Part shown: positions 9,184 through 17,337 of the stretch, one piece after another | Layout of the letters: every line of letters starts with the position of its first letter | Numbering within the stretch: position 1 is the stretch's first letter | Assembly (NCBI GenBank): GCA_035429705.1 | Contig: DAOMFH010000002.1 | Location: 1-33,198 of the forward strand | Reading direction: 5' to 3' | DNA from: Actinomycetota bacterium | GTDB taxonomy: Bacteria > Actinomycetota > Actinomycetes > S36-B12 > UBA10799 | DNA length: 33,198 nucleotides | The notes under the pieces: model-generated | Seen by the model: the letters and a program-made list of their open reading frames with translations, nothing else | Told to the model about the DNA's origin: nothing | Databases searched by the model: none | Program-made: the position numbers and the translations under genes

Positions 9184-10459
9184 ATCCGTTCCCGATGGTG
9201 ATCGCGCCTGGAATACCCGACTGGATCCGGCGTCCATCGAGGAACACCCGGGCTCCGGGAAGATCCGCCGCGGTGAGGCTACGGTACTCAGGATGGTCAG
9301 CCTGCAAGATGGCGGCATCGACGTGTTCGCCCAGATGGTAGGGCTCCCAGCCGAACGCCGTAAGCTCCTCATCCGCGAACATCGGGTCGTGAACCACGAC
9401 ATCCGCCCCGGCCTCTCTCAGGGCGGCCACAACCGGGAACACCCCGGAGAAGGCGGTCTCCTTCACACCGCCCCGGTAGGACGCGCCCAGCACAGCGACC
9501 TTCGCGCCGCTCAGATCCCCGTAGGACTCGACCAGGCGATCCACCGCGTACTCCGGCATTCCCGCATTAGCCTCCCGTGCGGCGGCGACGACGGTGGCCT
9601 CGGGATGGTTGTGCAGGTAGAGCCTCGGGTACACCGGGATGCAGTGGCCGCCCACGGCGATCCCCGGCCGGTGGATGTGGCTGTACGGCTGGGAGTTGCA
9701 GGCCTCGATCACCGCGTACACGTCGATGCCGTTCCTGTCGGCGAAGCGCGCGAACTGATTGGCCAGGCCGATGTTGACATCGCGGTACGTGGTCTCGGCC
9801 AACTTGGCCATCTCCGCGGCCTCAGCCGACCCCATCGCCCAAACGCCGTTCGCTCTCGCCAGGTCTTCGCGCTCGTCGAAGTCCAGGACCGACTCGTAGA
9901 AAGCGATCCCTCGCGCCTCGGACCCGGCGTCAACACCACCTACGAGCTTGGGATACCTGCGCAGGTCCGCGAAGACTCGCCCCGTCAGGACCCGTTCCGG
10001 GGAGAACACGAGGTGGAACCCCTCTCCAGCGGCCAGCCCCGAGCCCTCAGCGATCATCGGCGCGTAGCGGTTGCGCGTCGTTCCGACGGGGAGGGTTGTC
10101 TCGTAGGAGACCAGGGATCCGGGTTGCAGGCCCTGACCGATCGCCTGAGTGGCCGCGTCCATCCACTGGAAGTCCGGGCGCCCCGCTTCGTCGACGAACA
10201 GGGGCACGACTACCACGATCGCTTCAGACCGAGCAACGGCCGCAGTGGTGTCGGTGGTGGCTGTGAGCAGACCGCGAGAGACAACGTCCTGCAGCGCCTC
10301 GGCCAGGTGCGCTTCGCCGGGAAACGGCTCGATCCCCTCGTTCACGAGTCGGACGGTGTCAGCGTTGACATCCGCGCCGATGACCTGGTGCCCTTTCGAC
10401 GCGAACTGAACGGCCAGTGGCAGTCCGATTTTCCCGAGTGCGACGACACAGATCCTCAC
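9167..10459 (-). CDS. UDP-N-acetylhexosamine 6-dehydrogenase (UDP-glucose/GDP-mannose dehydrogenase family; WbpA/WecC-like)
   Basis: 430-aa ORF. It has the Rossmann opening RICVVALGKIGLPLAVQFASKGHQVIGADVN and the catalytic Cys motif GIAVGGHCIPVYP. A GTGA overlap joins it to the upstream oxidoreductase. Confidence 0.85.
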   Translation of the reverse strand: MRICVVALGKIGLPLAVQFASKGHQVIGADVNADTVRLVNEGIEPFPGEAHLAEALQDVVSRGLLTATTDTTAAVARSEAIVVVVPLFVDEAGRPDFQWMDAATQAIGQGLQPGSLVSYETTLPVGTTRNRYAPMIAEGSGLAAGEGFHLVFSPERVLTGRVFADLRRYPKLVGGVDAGSEARGIAFYESVLDFDEREDLARANGVWAMGSAEAAEMAKLAETTYRDVNIGLANQFARFADRNGIDVYAVIEACNSQPYSHIHRPGIAVGGHCIPVYPRLYLHNHPEATVVAAAREANAGMPEYAVDRLVESYGDLSGAKVAVLGASYRGGVKETAFSGVFPVVAALREAGADVVVHDPMFADEELTAFGWEPYHLGEHVDAAILQADHPEYRSLTAADLPGARVFLDGRRIQSGIPGAITIGNGCGPGD

Positions 10460-11472
10460 GGCGCCTTCACCCCGAACCCCTCGATTCGGACCACCTGGTC
10501 AGTGGCTGCGGACTCGGCGACGGCGTTCGCGACCGCGACCGTAGCGGCAGCCTGCTGGAGGGTCACGATGTCCGCCCCCCTTCCCAGGACCGCGTCGCGG
10601 AAGTTCTCGTGCTCCACCCGCAGCGGCTCGGGCTTGGGGTAGGCGAATCGGGTCATGTTCCCCTCGGTGACCCCGCGGAAGCGGGCCACGTCGCCCCACT
10701 CCGTCGGGATGACCCCGTTCTCGTAGAAGGTGAGGTCGGCGCTCAGAGTGTCGGCGACGAACGCCCCCTCCTCTCCGGTGATGACCGTCACACGCTCCTT
10801 CATCGGAGACAGCCAGTTGACCAGGTGATTGGTCACAGTGCCGTCGGCCAGTCGCCCGGTGATCGCGACCAGGTCCTCGTGCGGCCGGCCCGAACGGAAG
10901 GCGGTGCGTGCCGCAACCGAGTGGTAAGGCTGCTGAGCGACCCAGGCGGTCAGGTCTATGTCGTGCGTGGCCAGGTCCAGAACCACCCCGACGTCTGCGA
11001 TCCGGCCGGGGAACGGTCCCTGCCGGCGGGTGGTGATCTGATAGATCTCACCAAGGTCACCATCGGCGATCCGTCGACGGGCTTGCTGAAGGGCGGGGTT
11101 GTAGCGTTCGATGTGGCCCACCGCGCCGACCAGGCCGGCAGCCGAGAATGCCTCGGCGACCTCGCGAGCCGATTCGACGTCCGTGGTCAACGGCTTCTCG
11201 ATCAGGCAGTGCACCCCGGCGGGCGCCAGGATGAGCGCGGCGTCGCGGTGGAACCTAGTCGGGGTGGAGACCACTGCGTAGTCGATCCCCAGAGCAAGCA
11301 ACTCGTCGAGGTCGTCGACCAGCGGGACCCCATGAGGGGCGGCGCCCGCGACCCCGCCCGTTGGATCGGCGATACCCACCAGTTCGACCCCGTCTAGCGA
11401 GGCCAGGACTCGGGCATGGTTGCGGCCCATCATGCCCAGGCCAAGGAGTCCAGCGCGAAGGACCGTCATCAC
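10456..11472 (-). CDS. Gfo/Idh/MocA-family oxidoreductase (WbpB-like UDP-GlcNAcA 3-dehydrogenase)
   Basis: 338-aa ORF with the opening RAGLLGLGMMGRNHARVLASLDGVELVGIADP and the motif ..HCLIEKPL... It sits between the WbpE-like and WbpA-like genes with overlapping stop/start codons. Confidence 0.8.
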   Translation of the reverse strand: MMTVLRAGLLGLGMMGRNHARVLASLDGVELVGIADPTGGVAGAAPHGVPLVDDLDELLALGIDYAVVSTPTRFHRDAALILAPAGVHCLIEKPLTTDVESAREVAEAFSAAGLVGAVGHIERYNPALQQARRRIADGDLGEIYQITTRRQGPFPGRIADVGVVLDLATHDIDLTAWVAQQPYHSVAARTAFRSGRPHEDLVAITGRLADGTVTNHLVNWLSPMKERVTVITGEEGAFVADTLSADLTFYENGVIPTEWGDVARFRGVTEGNMTRFAYPKPEPLRVEHENFRDAVLGRGADIVTLQQAAATVAVANAVAESAATDQVVRIEGFGVKAP

Positions 11473-12545
11473 GCACCGGCCTTCGCCACGTCGTTCACGG
11501 CCTCGACGATGGTGTCGAGGTCCGCCTCGCTCAAGGCCGGGTGGACGGGAAGCGAGATCACTTCCCGGGCTGCCCTCGCCGTCTCAGGAAGGTCCAGGGT
11601 GAGCCCGAACGACGGCAGCGCGTGCACAGGGGTCGGGTAGTAGACGCCCGAGCCGACGCCGAGTTCCGCCAAAGCCGCCACGAACGCGTCCCGGTCATGT
11701 CCGGGGACCCTGACCGTGTACTGGTGGTAGACGTGCACCGCCCCCTCGGCGACGCTGGGAGTGACGACACCGACGAGGTTGGCCGTCAGGAATGCGGCAT
11801 TCGCCTGGCGCTGGGCCGTCCAGCCGGGCAGTTTGCCCAGTTGGACTCGTCCTATCGCGGCGTGGATGTCAGTCATTCGGGTGTTGAAACCGACCACCTC
11901 GTTGCGGTATCGAACCTCCATGCCCTGGTTGCGCAGCAGGCGAACCATGCGGGCGGTGTCCGGAGCCGCAGCGGAGACCATCCCTCCCTCTCCGGACGTC
12001 ATGTTCTTCGTCGGGTAGAAACTGAAACACCCGGCATCGCCGAGTGCGCCGACCGGGGTTCCGTGCAGCGACGCGGCGTGGGCCTGGGCGGCGTCCTCTA
12101 CGACGAGGAGATCGTGGGCCTCCGCGATCCGCGCAATCCTGTCCATCGCGGCTGGATGGCCGTAGAGGTGTACCGGCATGATGGCCGTACTCCGGGGGGT
12201 GATCGCGGCCTCGATGGCTTCCGGGGAGATGCAGAAAGAGTCCGCCTCGATGTCGACGAAGACCGGGAGCGCCCCCGTCAGTGCCACGGCGTTGGCAGTC
12301 GCCGCGAACGTGAAGGAGGGGACGATCACCTCGTCGCCTGGGCCGATACCCAGCGCGATCAGGGCCATGTGCAGCGCGGAGGTTCCGGAGTTGACCGCGA
12401 CGCACTGCCGGTCGTCGACGATGCCTGCGAACTCCTGCTCGAAGGCCGCCACCTGCGGGCCTTGTGCAAGGCCACCGGATGCGAGGACGGCATCGACCGC
12501 CACCCTCTCCTCATCCCCGATCAGTGGCCTGGCCGCTGGGATCAT
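11469..12545 (-). CDS. DegT-family aminotransferase (WbpE-like by context)
   Basis: The sequence MIPAARPLIGDEERVAVDAVLASGGLAQGP.. is a typical DegT start, with GDEVIVPSFTFAATANA and the PLP-lysine block CFSFYPTKNMTSGEGGMV. The start is ATG 12545 or GTG 12551 (GAGGAG 7 nt upstream). The track start at 12662 would overlap the acetyltransferase by about 110 nt. Confidence 0.85.
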   Translation of the reverse strand: MIPAARPLIGDEERVAVDAVLASGGLAQGPQVAAFEQEFAGIVDDRQCVAVNSGTSALHMALIALGIGPGDEVIVPSFTFAATANAVALTGALPVFVDIEADSFCISPEAIEAAITPRSTAIMPVHLYGHPAAMDRIARIAEAHDLLVVEDAAQAHAASLHGTPVGALGDAGCFSFYPTKNMTSGEGGMVSAAAPDTARMVRLLRNQGMEVRYRNEVVGFNTRMTDIHAAIGRVQLGKLPGWTAQRQANAAFLTANLVGVVTPSVAEGAVHVYHQYTVRVPGHDRDAFVAALAELGVGSGVYYPTPVHALPSFGLTLDLPETARAAREVISLPVHPALSEADLDTIVEAVNDVAKAGA

Positions 12546-12552
12546 CTGCACG

Positions 12553-13152
12553 TCAGCACTCCTCAAGTTGGCTGTCATGAACCTGTCGGTAGTGGGATCC
12601 CGTCGCCGGGCACACCCAGATGCTGGGATCGCCGGCCGTCTGCTCGAGCGGCAGACCAGCACGGCCGACCCAGCCGACCCGGCGAGCGGGAACGCCCACG
12701 ACCAGGGCGTAATCCGGGACGTCGCGGATCACGGTCGCTCCCGCCGCCACGAGCGCCCAGCGGCCGATCGTGACCGGAGCGACGCACACGGAACGGGCAC
12801 CGATCGAGGCACCCTCGCACACGGTGACGCCTTCAGGCTCCCAGTCATGGCCCGACTTCAGGGAGCCGTCCGGGTTGACCGAACGCGGGAAGTGGTCATT
12901 GGTGAAGACTACGGCCGGGCCGATGAACGCGCCTTGCTCGACACGCGCAGGTTCGTAGACCAAGGCGTAGTTCTGGATCTTGACGTTGCGGCCGATCTGC
13001 ACGCCGCTGCCGATGTACGCACCGCGGCCGACGATGCAGTTCTCGCCGAGAGCCGCGCCCTCGCGCACTTGTGCGAGATGCCAGATCGAGGTTCCATCGC
13101 CGACTCCTGCGTCGTCGGCCACGTCGGCTGACGGGGCGATCCAGACTGACAT
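12553..13152 (-). CDS. Left-handed beta-helix N-acetyltransferase (WbpD/WlbB-like, 3-amino sugar N-acetylase)
   Basis: 199-aa ORF with hexapeptide repeats (..IGRGAYIGSGVQIGRNVKIQNYALVYE..VEQGAFIGPAVVFTNDHFPRS..). The C-terminal ..VGVPARRVGWVGRAG....WVCPATGSHY is typical of WlbB-type enzymes. Confidence 0.85.
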   Translation of the reverse strand: MSVWIAPSADVADDAGVGDGTSIWHLAQVREGAALGENCIVGRGAYIGSGVQIGRNVKIQNYALVYEPARVEQGAFIGPAVVFTNDHFPRSVNPDGSLKSGHDWEPEGVTVCEGASIGARSVCVAPVTIGRWALVAAGATVIRDVPDYALVVGVPARRVGWVGRAGLPLEQTAGDPSIWVCPATGSHYRQVHDSQLEEC

Positions 13153-13319
13153 GGTGACACCCCCCTGCCGCTCGAGATCAGCAGAATTCTACAGGACGTG
13201 CGCGAGCGGGTTCCTGCTGAATCCGCTCGCCAACGGGTGACATCCGGCCTGGCTGCGACTGCAGGTGCCTGGGGCCCCTGCCTGGGTGGGCGCTCATGAT
13301 CAATGATTCGATGGCGCCC

Positions 13320-14552
13320 TCAGCACCTCGGTGTTGCGTCCCGCATGGCGTCCAGCATCTGGTCGGCAAGCACCTCTTGCCGCATGTGCTGCTCAACATA
13401 TGTGCGCCCATTCTGCCCCCAGGTCGCCCTCTCCTCCGCCGAGGACTGCGCCATCTGGCGCAACGCTTCGATCAGGGACTCCGGGACGTTCGGGTCCGCC
13501 GCCAGGCCACACGCCGCGTCAGCGACCGGGGAATTGGCGGCCCCTATGTTCTCGAGCAACGGCAGACCGGCAGCGAGGTAGTCGTAGATCTTGTTGAACG
13601 AGACCCCGAAGCGGTACAGCGGCGATGGCCGAGCGCCCGCATAGGCGAAGTCAGCCAGGCGAAGGGCCTGCGTCACCTCCGATCGAGGGACCGGGTCGAA
13701 GAAGCGGACATTGGGACAGTCCGCGCAGCGAGCCTGCAGGTCTTCCTTCAGCAGGCCCGAGCCCACGAGAGCGAATGCGATCCCCAGCTGTTCAGCCGAG
13801 CCGGCACTGTCCAGGAGATCCTCCAGGGCGTTCGCCGTTCCGTGGGCGCCAGCGTAGACCAGCACCACGGGATACGACCTGCGCAACTCCGCCACCCCGT
13901 CTTGGACGGACCGCAGTGCCGCGGACGGGCTCGGAGTCGCAGTCCGCGGGCTGAATTCCACGCCGTTCGGAATCCAGATCCAACGACCTTCGGCGAGCCC
14001 CCGCGACCGCATATACCCCTCGGTCTTCGGGAGAAGCGATACGACCAGGTCTGCATTCAGGTAAGCGAAGCGTTCCTCCCGCTGCATGAGGCGAATCGCG
14101 GGGTGCTCCTGCGATACGCCACCCAGGAGGATCGGCGTGAGCGGCCACAGATCGTGCACCTCATAGACGAATCTCGCACCGGTCGCGCGCGCCAAACGCA
14201 AGGCAGGACGAACGTCGAACGGATGGGTCGAGGATGCGATCACAACGTCCGGTTCGAAGCGCGCGAGCCGTGGGTGACTCCAGCCCAGAACGGCACCGAA
14301 AGACAGCAGGTTGGCAAAGCGAGCCGGGCCGTTGGCCTTGTAGGGGGTGGTCGGGAGGACCTGGAACCGAACACCCTCGTACAGTCTGCGGCCCCGGTCG
14401 ATTTTCGCGGTTGTGCGCAGATGTGATCGGTCACCACAGACGACCAGGACCTCGTGGCCGCGCTCCTGCCAGCGTCTGGCCATCCAATGGGGACGGTACT
14501 CCATACCCAGGCTGGGGCCGCCGGCGTACTGGTTGATCAGCAGAATCCTCAC
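13320..14552 (-). CDS. GT4-family glycosyltransferase (second WbuB-like)
   Basis: 410-aa ORF. The opening RILLINQYAGGPSLGMEYRPHWMARRWQERGHEV has the same architecture as the 1561-2790 product. Its GTG start shares 1 nt with the stop of the upstream phosphoglycosyl transferase. Confidence 0.8.
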   Translation of the reverse strand: MRILLINQYAGGPSLGMEYRPHWMARRWQERGHEVLVVCGDRSHLRTTAKIDRGRRLYEGVRFQVLPTTPYKANGPARFANLLSFGAVLGWSHPRLARFEPDVVIASSTHPFDVRPALRLARATGARFVYEVHDLWPLTPILLGGVSQEHPAIRLMQREERFAYLNADLVVSLLPKTEGYMRSRGLAEGRWIWIPNGVEFSPRTATPSPSAALRSVQDGVAELRRSYPVVLVYAGAHGTANALEDLLDSAGSAEQLGIAFALVGSGLLKEDLQARCADCPNVRFFDPVPRSEVTQALRLADFAYAGARPSPLYRFGVSFNKIYDYLAAGLPLLENIGAANSPVADAACGLAADPNVPESLIEALRQMAQSSAEERATWGQNGRTYVEQHMRQEVLADQMLDAMRDATPRC

Positions 14553-15166
14553 TAGCCGAACACCACTTCACGCAGTGTCCGGACGATAACCATGAGGTCG
14601 CCCGTCAGAGTCCTGGTCTGGGCGTAACCGGCGTAGGCCTTCACCTTCTGGGGCAGCAACACGAGCCGGTAGTAGTCCTCGGGCTCGGATGACGACGCCA
14701 GCAGACTCTCCTCGCGTCGCAGCGAAAGCGTCATCGGGTCAGTGATTCCCGGGCGGATCGACAGCACCAACTCACGCAGATCCGGATCCCACTGATCCAC
14801 GAAGCACCGTAACTCGGGACGTGGACCGACAAGACTCATGTCTCCCTTCAACACATTGAAGAGCTGGGGCAACTCGTCGATCTTGGAGGATCGCAGCCGC
14901 GCGCCCAAGGGCGTCACCCGAACATCCGTGGACGAAGTGACGGAAGGTCCGTTGCCACCTGTCCGCATGGTCCGGAACTTGTAGATGATGAAGGGTTTGC
15001 CGTGACGTCCTATTCGCTGCTGCCGGAAGATGGCCGGACCACGGCTCTCTCTGCGAACCAGGACCGCGATGATACCCATCGGCGGCGCGAGCACAACCAA
15101 GCCGACAGCCGACACCACCACGTCCAAGGTGCGCCGAACCGCCGCCGAGGCTTTGGAGTCCGTCAC
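14552..15166 (-). CDS. Small monotopic phosphoglycosyl transferase (bacterial sugar transferase family, PglC-like; initiating enzyme)
   Basis: The sequence ..RRTLDVVVSAVGLVVLAPPMGIIAVLVRRESRGPAIFRQQRIGRHGKPFIIYKFRTM....DELPQLFNVLKGDMSLVGPRP.. carries the family motifs. GTG 15166 overlaps the upstream stop (GTGA). The 298-aa track ORF is an extension into the upstream gene. Confidence 0.85.
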   Translation of the reverse strand: MTDSKASAAVRRTLDVVVSAVGLVVLAPPMGIIAVLVRRESRGPAIFRQQRIGRHGKPFIIYKFRTMRTGGNGPSVTSSTDVRVTPLGARLRSSKIDELPQLFNVLKGDMSLVGPRPELRCFVDQWDPDLRELVLSIRPGITDPMTLSLRREESLLASSSEPEDYYRLVLLPQKVKAYAGYAQTRTLTGDLMVIVRTLREVVFG

Positions 15167-16314
15167 CCGAGAAGAGCCCTCACACTCTCCACGACTCGCA
15201 CGACCTGGGCGTCGGTCAACTTGCTCGATATCGGCAGGCTGACCGCCCGCGGGGCTTCGGCGACGGCAACCGGAACGGTAGCCTCCGGGCTGGCGACGAA
15301 GTCCCGCCAGTAGGTGTGCTGGTGCAGCGGAATGAAATGAACGCTGGTGCCGACCCCCCTGTCGCACATACCCGCGATGAATTCGTCGCGATGCAACCGG
15401 CCATCGGCCTGCAGACGGATGACGAAGAGGTGCCAGGCATGCAGGCACGGTTCCTGCGCGCGCTGGGGCAACTGCACGGGCAGATCCGCGAGCTCCGCTG
15501 CGTAGAAGTCGGCGATCTGTTGACGGCGCTCACGCATCCTGAAGGCCCGAGCCAACTGAACGCGGCCCATGGCTGCCGCCATGTCCGGCATGTTGTACTT
15601 GAATCCCGGCGCAACGACGTCGTAAGACCATGCCGGCTGAGATGACGTGTACCGGTGGAATGCATCGCGGTCGATTCCATGCAACCGCATGAGCCGGCTC
15701 CGCTCGGCGATCTCCGGACTGCGGGTGGTGATCATGCCGCCCTCGCCGGTCGTGACCGGCTTAGTGGCGTAGAAACTGAATACTGCAGCATCGCTGTATG
15801 CCCCACTACCCACGAACCCGGCAGTACCCACTGCTGGCAGCGCGTGGGCTGCGTCCTCCAGGACTGCGATGGGGCGGTCAGCGATCACGTCGCGCAGCGC
15901 GACCAGATCCATGGCGAGCCCGGCGAAGTGAACCGGGATCACCGCCTTGGTGAGGTGTGTGATGGCATCAGCCGTGGCCTGGAGATCCATGTTCAGGCTG
16001 ACCTGGTCCACGTCCACGATCACCGGGTTGGCACCCAGATAGCGAACCACCTCAGCCGTGGCGGTGAAGGTCCAGTCGGGCACGATGACTTCGTCGCCCG
16101 GGCCGACACCTAGTGCCTCCAGCACCAAATGCAGGCCCGCGGTTCCCGAGTTGACGGCGATGGCCTCCGCCCCACCGCCGACGGTCTCGACGAACTCACG
16201 CTCGAATTCGCGCATCAGGGGCCCTGAGGTCACCCATCCGGAGCGGATGGCCCCAGCGACCGCCTCTGCTTCCTCATCCCCCACATCCGGCAGCGCGAAC
16301 GGGATGTGCTCCAT
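15163..16314 (-). CDS. DegT-family aminotransferase (PglE/ArnB-like, likely 4-aminotransferase)
   Basis: It opens MEHIPFALPDVGDEEAEAVAGAIRSGWVTSGP.., with GDEVIVPDWTFTATAE and the PLP-lysine block VFSFYATKPVTTGEGGMI. The start is ambiguous between ATG 16314 and GTG 16353. Confidence 0.85.
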   Translation of the reverse strand: MEHIPFALPDVGDEEAEAVAGAIRSGWVTSGPLMREFEREFVETVGGGAEAIAVNSGTAGLHLVLEALGVGPGDEVIVPDWTFTATAEVVRYLGANPVIVDVDQVSLNMDLQATADAITHLTKAVIPVHFAGLAMDLVALRDVIADRPIAVLEDAAHALPAVGTAGFVGSGAYSDAAVFSFYATKPVTTGEGGMITTRSPEIAERSRLMRLHGIDRDAFHRYTSSQPAWSYDVVAPGFKYNMPDMAAAMGRVQLARAFRMRERRQQIADFYAAELADLPVQLPQRAQEPCLHAWHLFVIRLQADGRLHRDEFIAGMCDRGVGTSVHFIPLHQHTYWRDFVASPEATVPVAVAEAPRAVSLPISSKLTDAQVVRVVESVRALLG

Positions 16315-16359
16315 CTCTTCAGGTCGCCCAGACTCCCCGCTCGCCACCCCCAAAGGCTA

Positions 16360-16413
16360 GCAATTCGATCCGCACTACGCAGTGGTGACGGGGTGAACCG
16401 TCACCCGAATTGC
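16360..16413 (-). other. Nested inverted repeats (compound hairpin) in a 300-nt non-coding gap inside the glycan operon
   Basis: The outer arms GCAATTCG (16360-16367) and CGAATTGC (16406-16413) are perfect complements. The inner arms GGTGACGG (16384-16391) and CCGTCACC (16398-16405) are also perfect, with a 6-nt loop. The two 3-prime arms are contiguous, and there is no U-tract. Confidence 0.3.
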
Positions 16414-16650
16414 CAGTCGCAGGCACCTGCTGTGACACGGCAATACCTGCTGGGGGGGCGATCGCCGAGGGCGGCCGGGCAGTCGACGTGCACTCTGCAG
16501 TCGTTGCCTGTGTTCGACTTTGCCATCGAAGGCCACCTGAACACCCCTGGTCGCCACGGTCCACTCCGTCCACGTGGGCTTTCGGCGCCGGGTCGCTCGA
16601 CGAGGTCCGGTGGCCGCCTTCACGTTCGCGAGGCGTCGACGGCGCCTTGG

Positions 16651-17289
16651 TCATTCGATCGCGACGATCCTTCTGGCCGGGTTGCCCAGCACCTTGGTAC
16701 CCGCCTGCACGTCGGTCAATGCGACGCTGCCGGCACCCAGGTACGCGTCATCACCCACGTTCTTGCCGGGCACGACAGTGACATGACTGGCCAAGAACAC
16801 GCGTTTGCCTATCGTCACTCCGCCGGTGATATCGCAGTAGGAAGAAATCGTCGTGTAGTCCCCGACAGATGCGTCATGCCCGATCTGCGAGTTCAGCAAC
16901 GTCACGAAATCGCCCACGACGGCGTTGACGGTGATCACGGACTGCGGGAAGGCGATCAGCCCCTCCCCCAGACTGTTCAGGTCGCCGATGGTGGCGGTCG
17001 GATGAATGATGGCTTCGAACACAGCACCGCGGGCCTTCAATGAGGCTACGACTCGCTCCTTGGTGCGGCAATCCGCAATCGCACACGCAAAGACCTCATC
17101 GGCCGCTGGAATCCAGTCACGCACACTGCCGATAACCCCGTAGTCGCAGTCCAGGCCGTCGAGTTTGCTGGGGTTGTCATCCAGGAACCCCTTGATGCGC
17201 CAGGTCTCCTCCACCTCATTGACGTCCTTGGCCCACTGCAACAACTCCCTTCCTAGCCCACCTGCGCCAACGAACAACAGGTTCTTCAC
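16651..17289 (-). CDS. NeuD/PglD-family sugar N-acetyltransferase (hexapeptide)
   Basis: 212-aa ORF. It has an N-terminal Rossmann-like LLFVGAGGLGRELLQW and C-terminal hexapeptide repeats ending ..GAGSVALTDVQAGTKVLGNPARRI. GAAGGA lies 9 nt before the GTG start. Confidence 0.8.
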   Translation of the reverse strand: MKNLLFVGAGGLGRELLQWAKDVNEVEETWRIKGFLDDNPSKLDGLDCDYGVIGSVRDWIPAADEVFACAIADCRTKERVVASLKARGAVFEAIIHPTATIGDLNSLGEGLIAFPQSVITVNAVVGDFVTLLNSQIGHDASVGDYTTISSYCDITGGVTIGKRVFLASHVTVVPGKNVGDDAYLGAGSVALTDVQAGTKVLGNPARRIVAIE

Positions 17290-17337
17290 GCGGTCACATC
17301 CTTCGTCGCTTGTCGCCTCTCGCAGAAGACACCGAAC

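Noticed and set aside
9184-9402. N-terminal extension of the Wzy-like ORF. Analogous extensions occur at 15167-15448 (PglC-like), 12546-12662 (DegT), 28289-28417 (kinase) and 30497-30826 (sodA).
   Set aside because: Each extension runs into the preceding gene or into non-homologous Arg-rich sequence. Internal GTG/ATG starts give the classic 1-4-nt stop/start coupling and family-typical N-termini.
9041-10642. 533-aa plus-strand ORF opposite the UDP-sugar dehydrogenase. Similar cases are 10417-11397, 11361-12773 and 12178-13131 opposite the WbpB/E/D-like genes, and 13296-14426 opposite the GT4 gene.
   Set aside because: These are shadow ORFs. Their translations are repetitive Arg/Gly/Asp/Pro-rich, while the opposite-strand frames carry clear Rossmann, PLP-lysine and hexapeptide motifs.
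16306-17043. 245-aa plus-strand ORF spanning the 300-nt gap and the antisense of the PglD-like gene, together with the minus-strand ORFs 16319-16654 and 16375-16623
   Set aside because: Hand-counted GC3 of the plus frame in the gap is only about 67 %, far below the neighbouring genes. The plus-frame translation is Arg-rich nonsense and the two minus-strand translations are likewise low-complexity with no recognisable motif. The region is better treated as non-coding.
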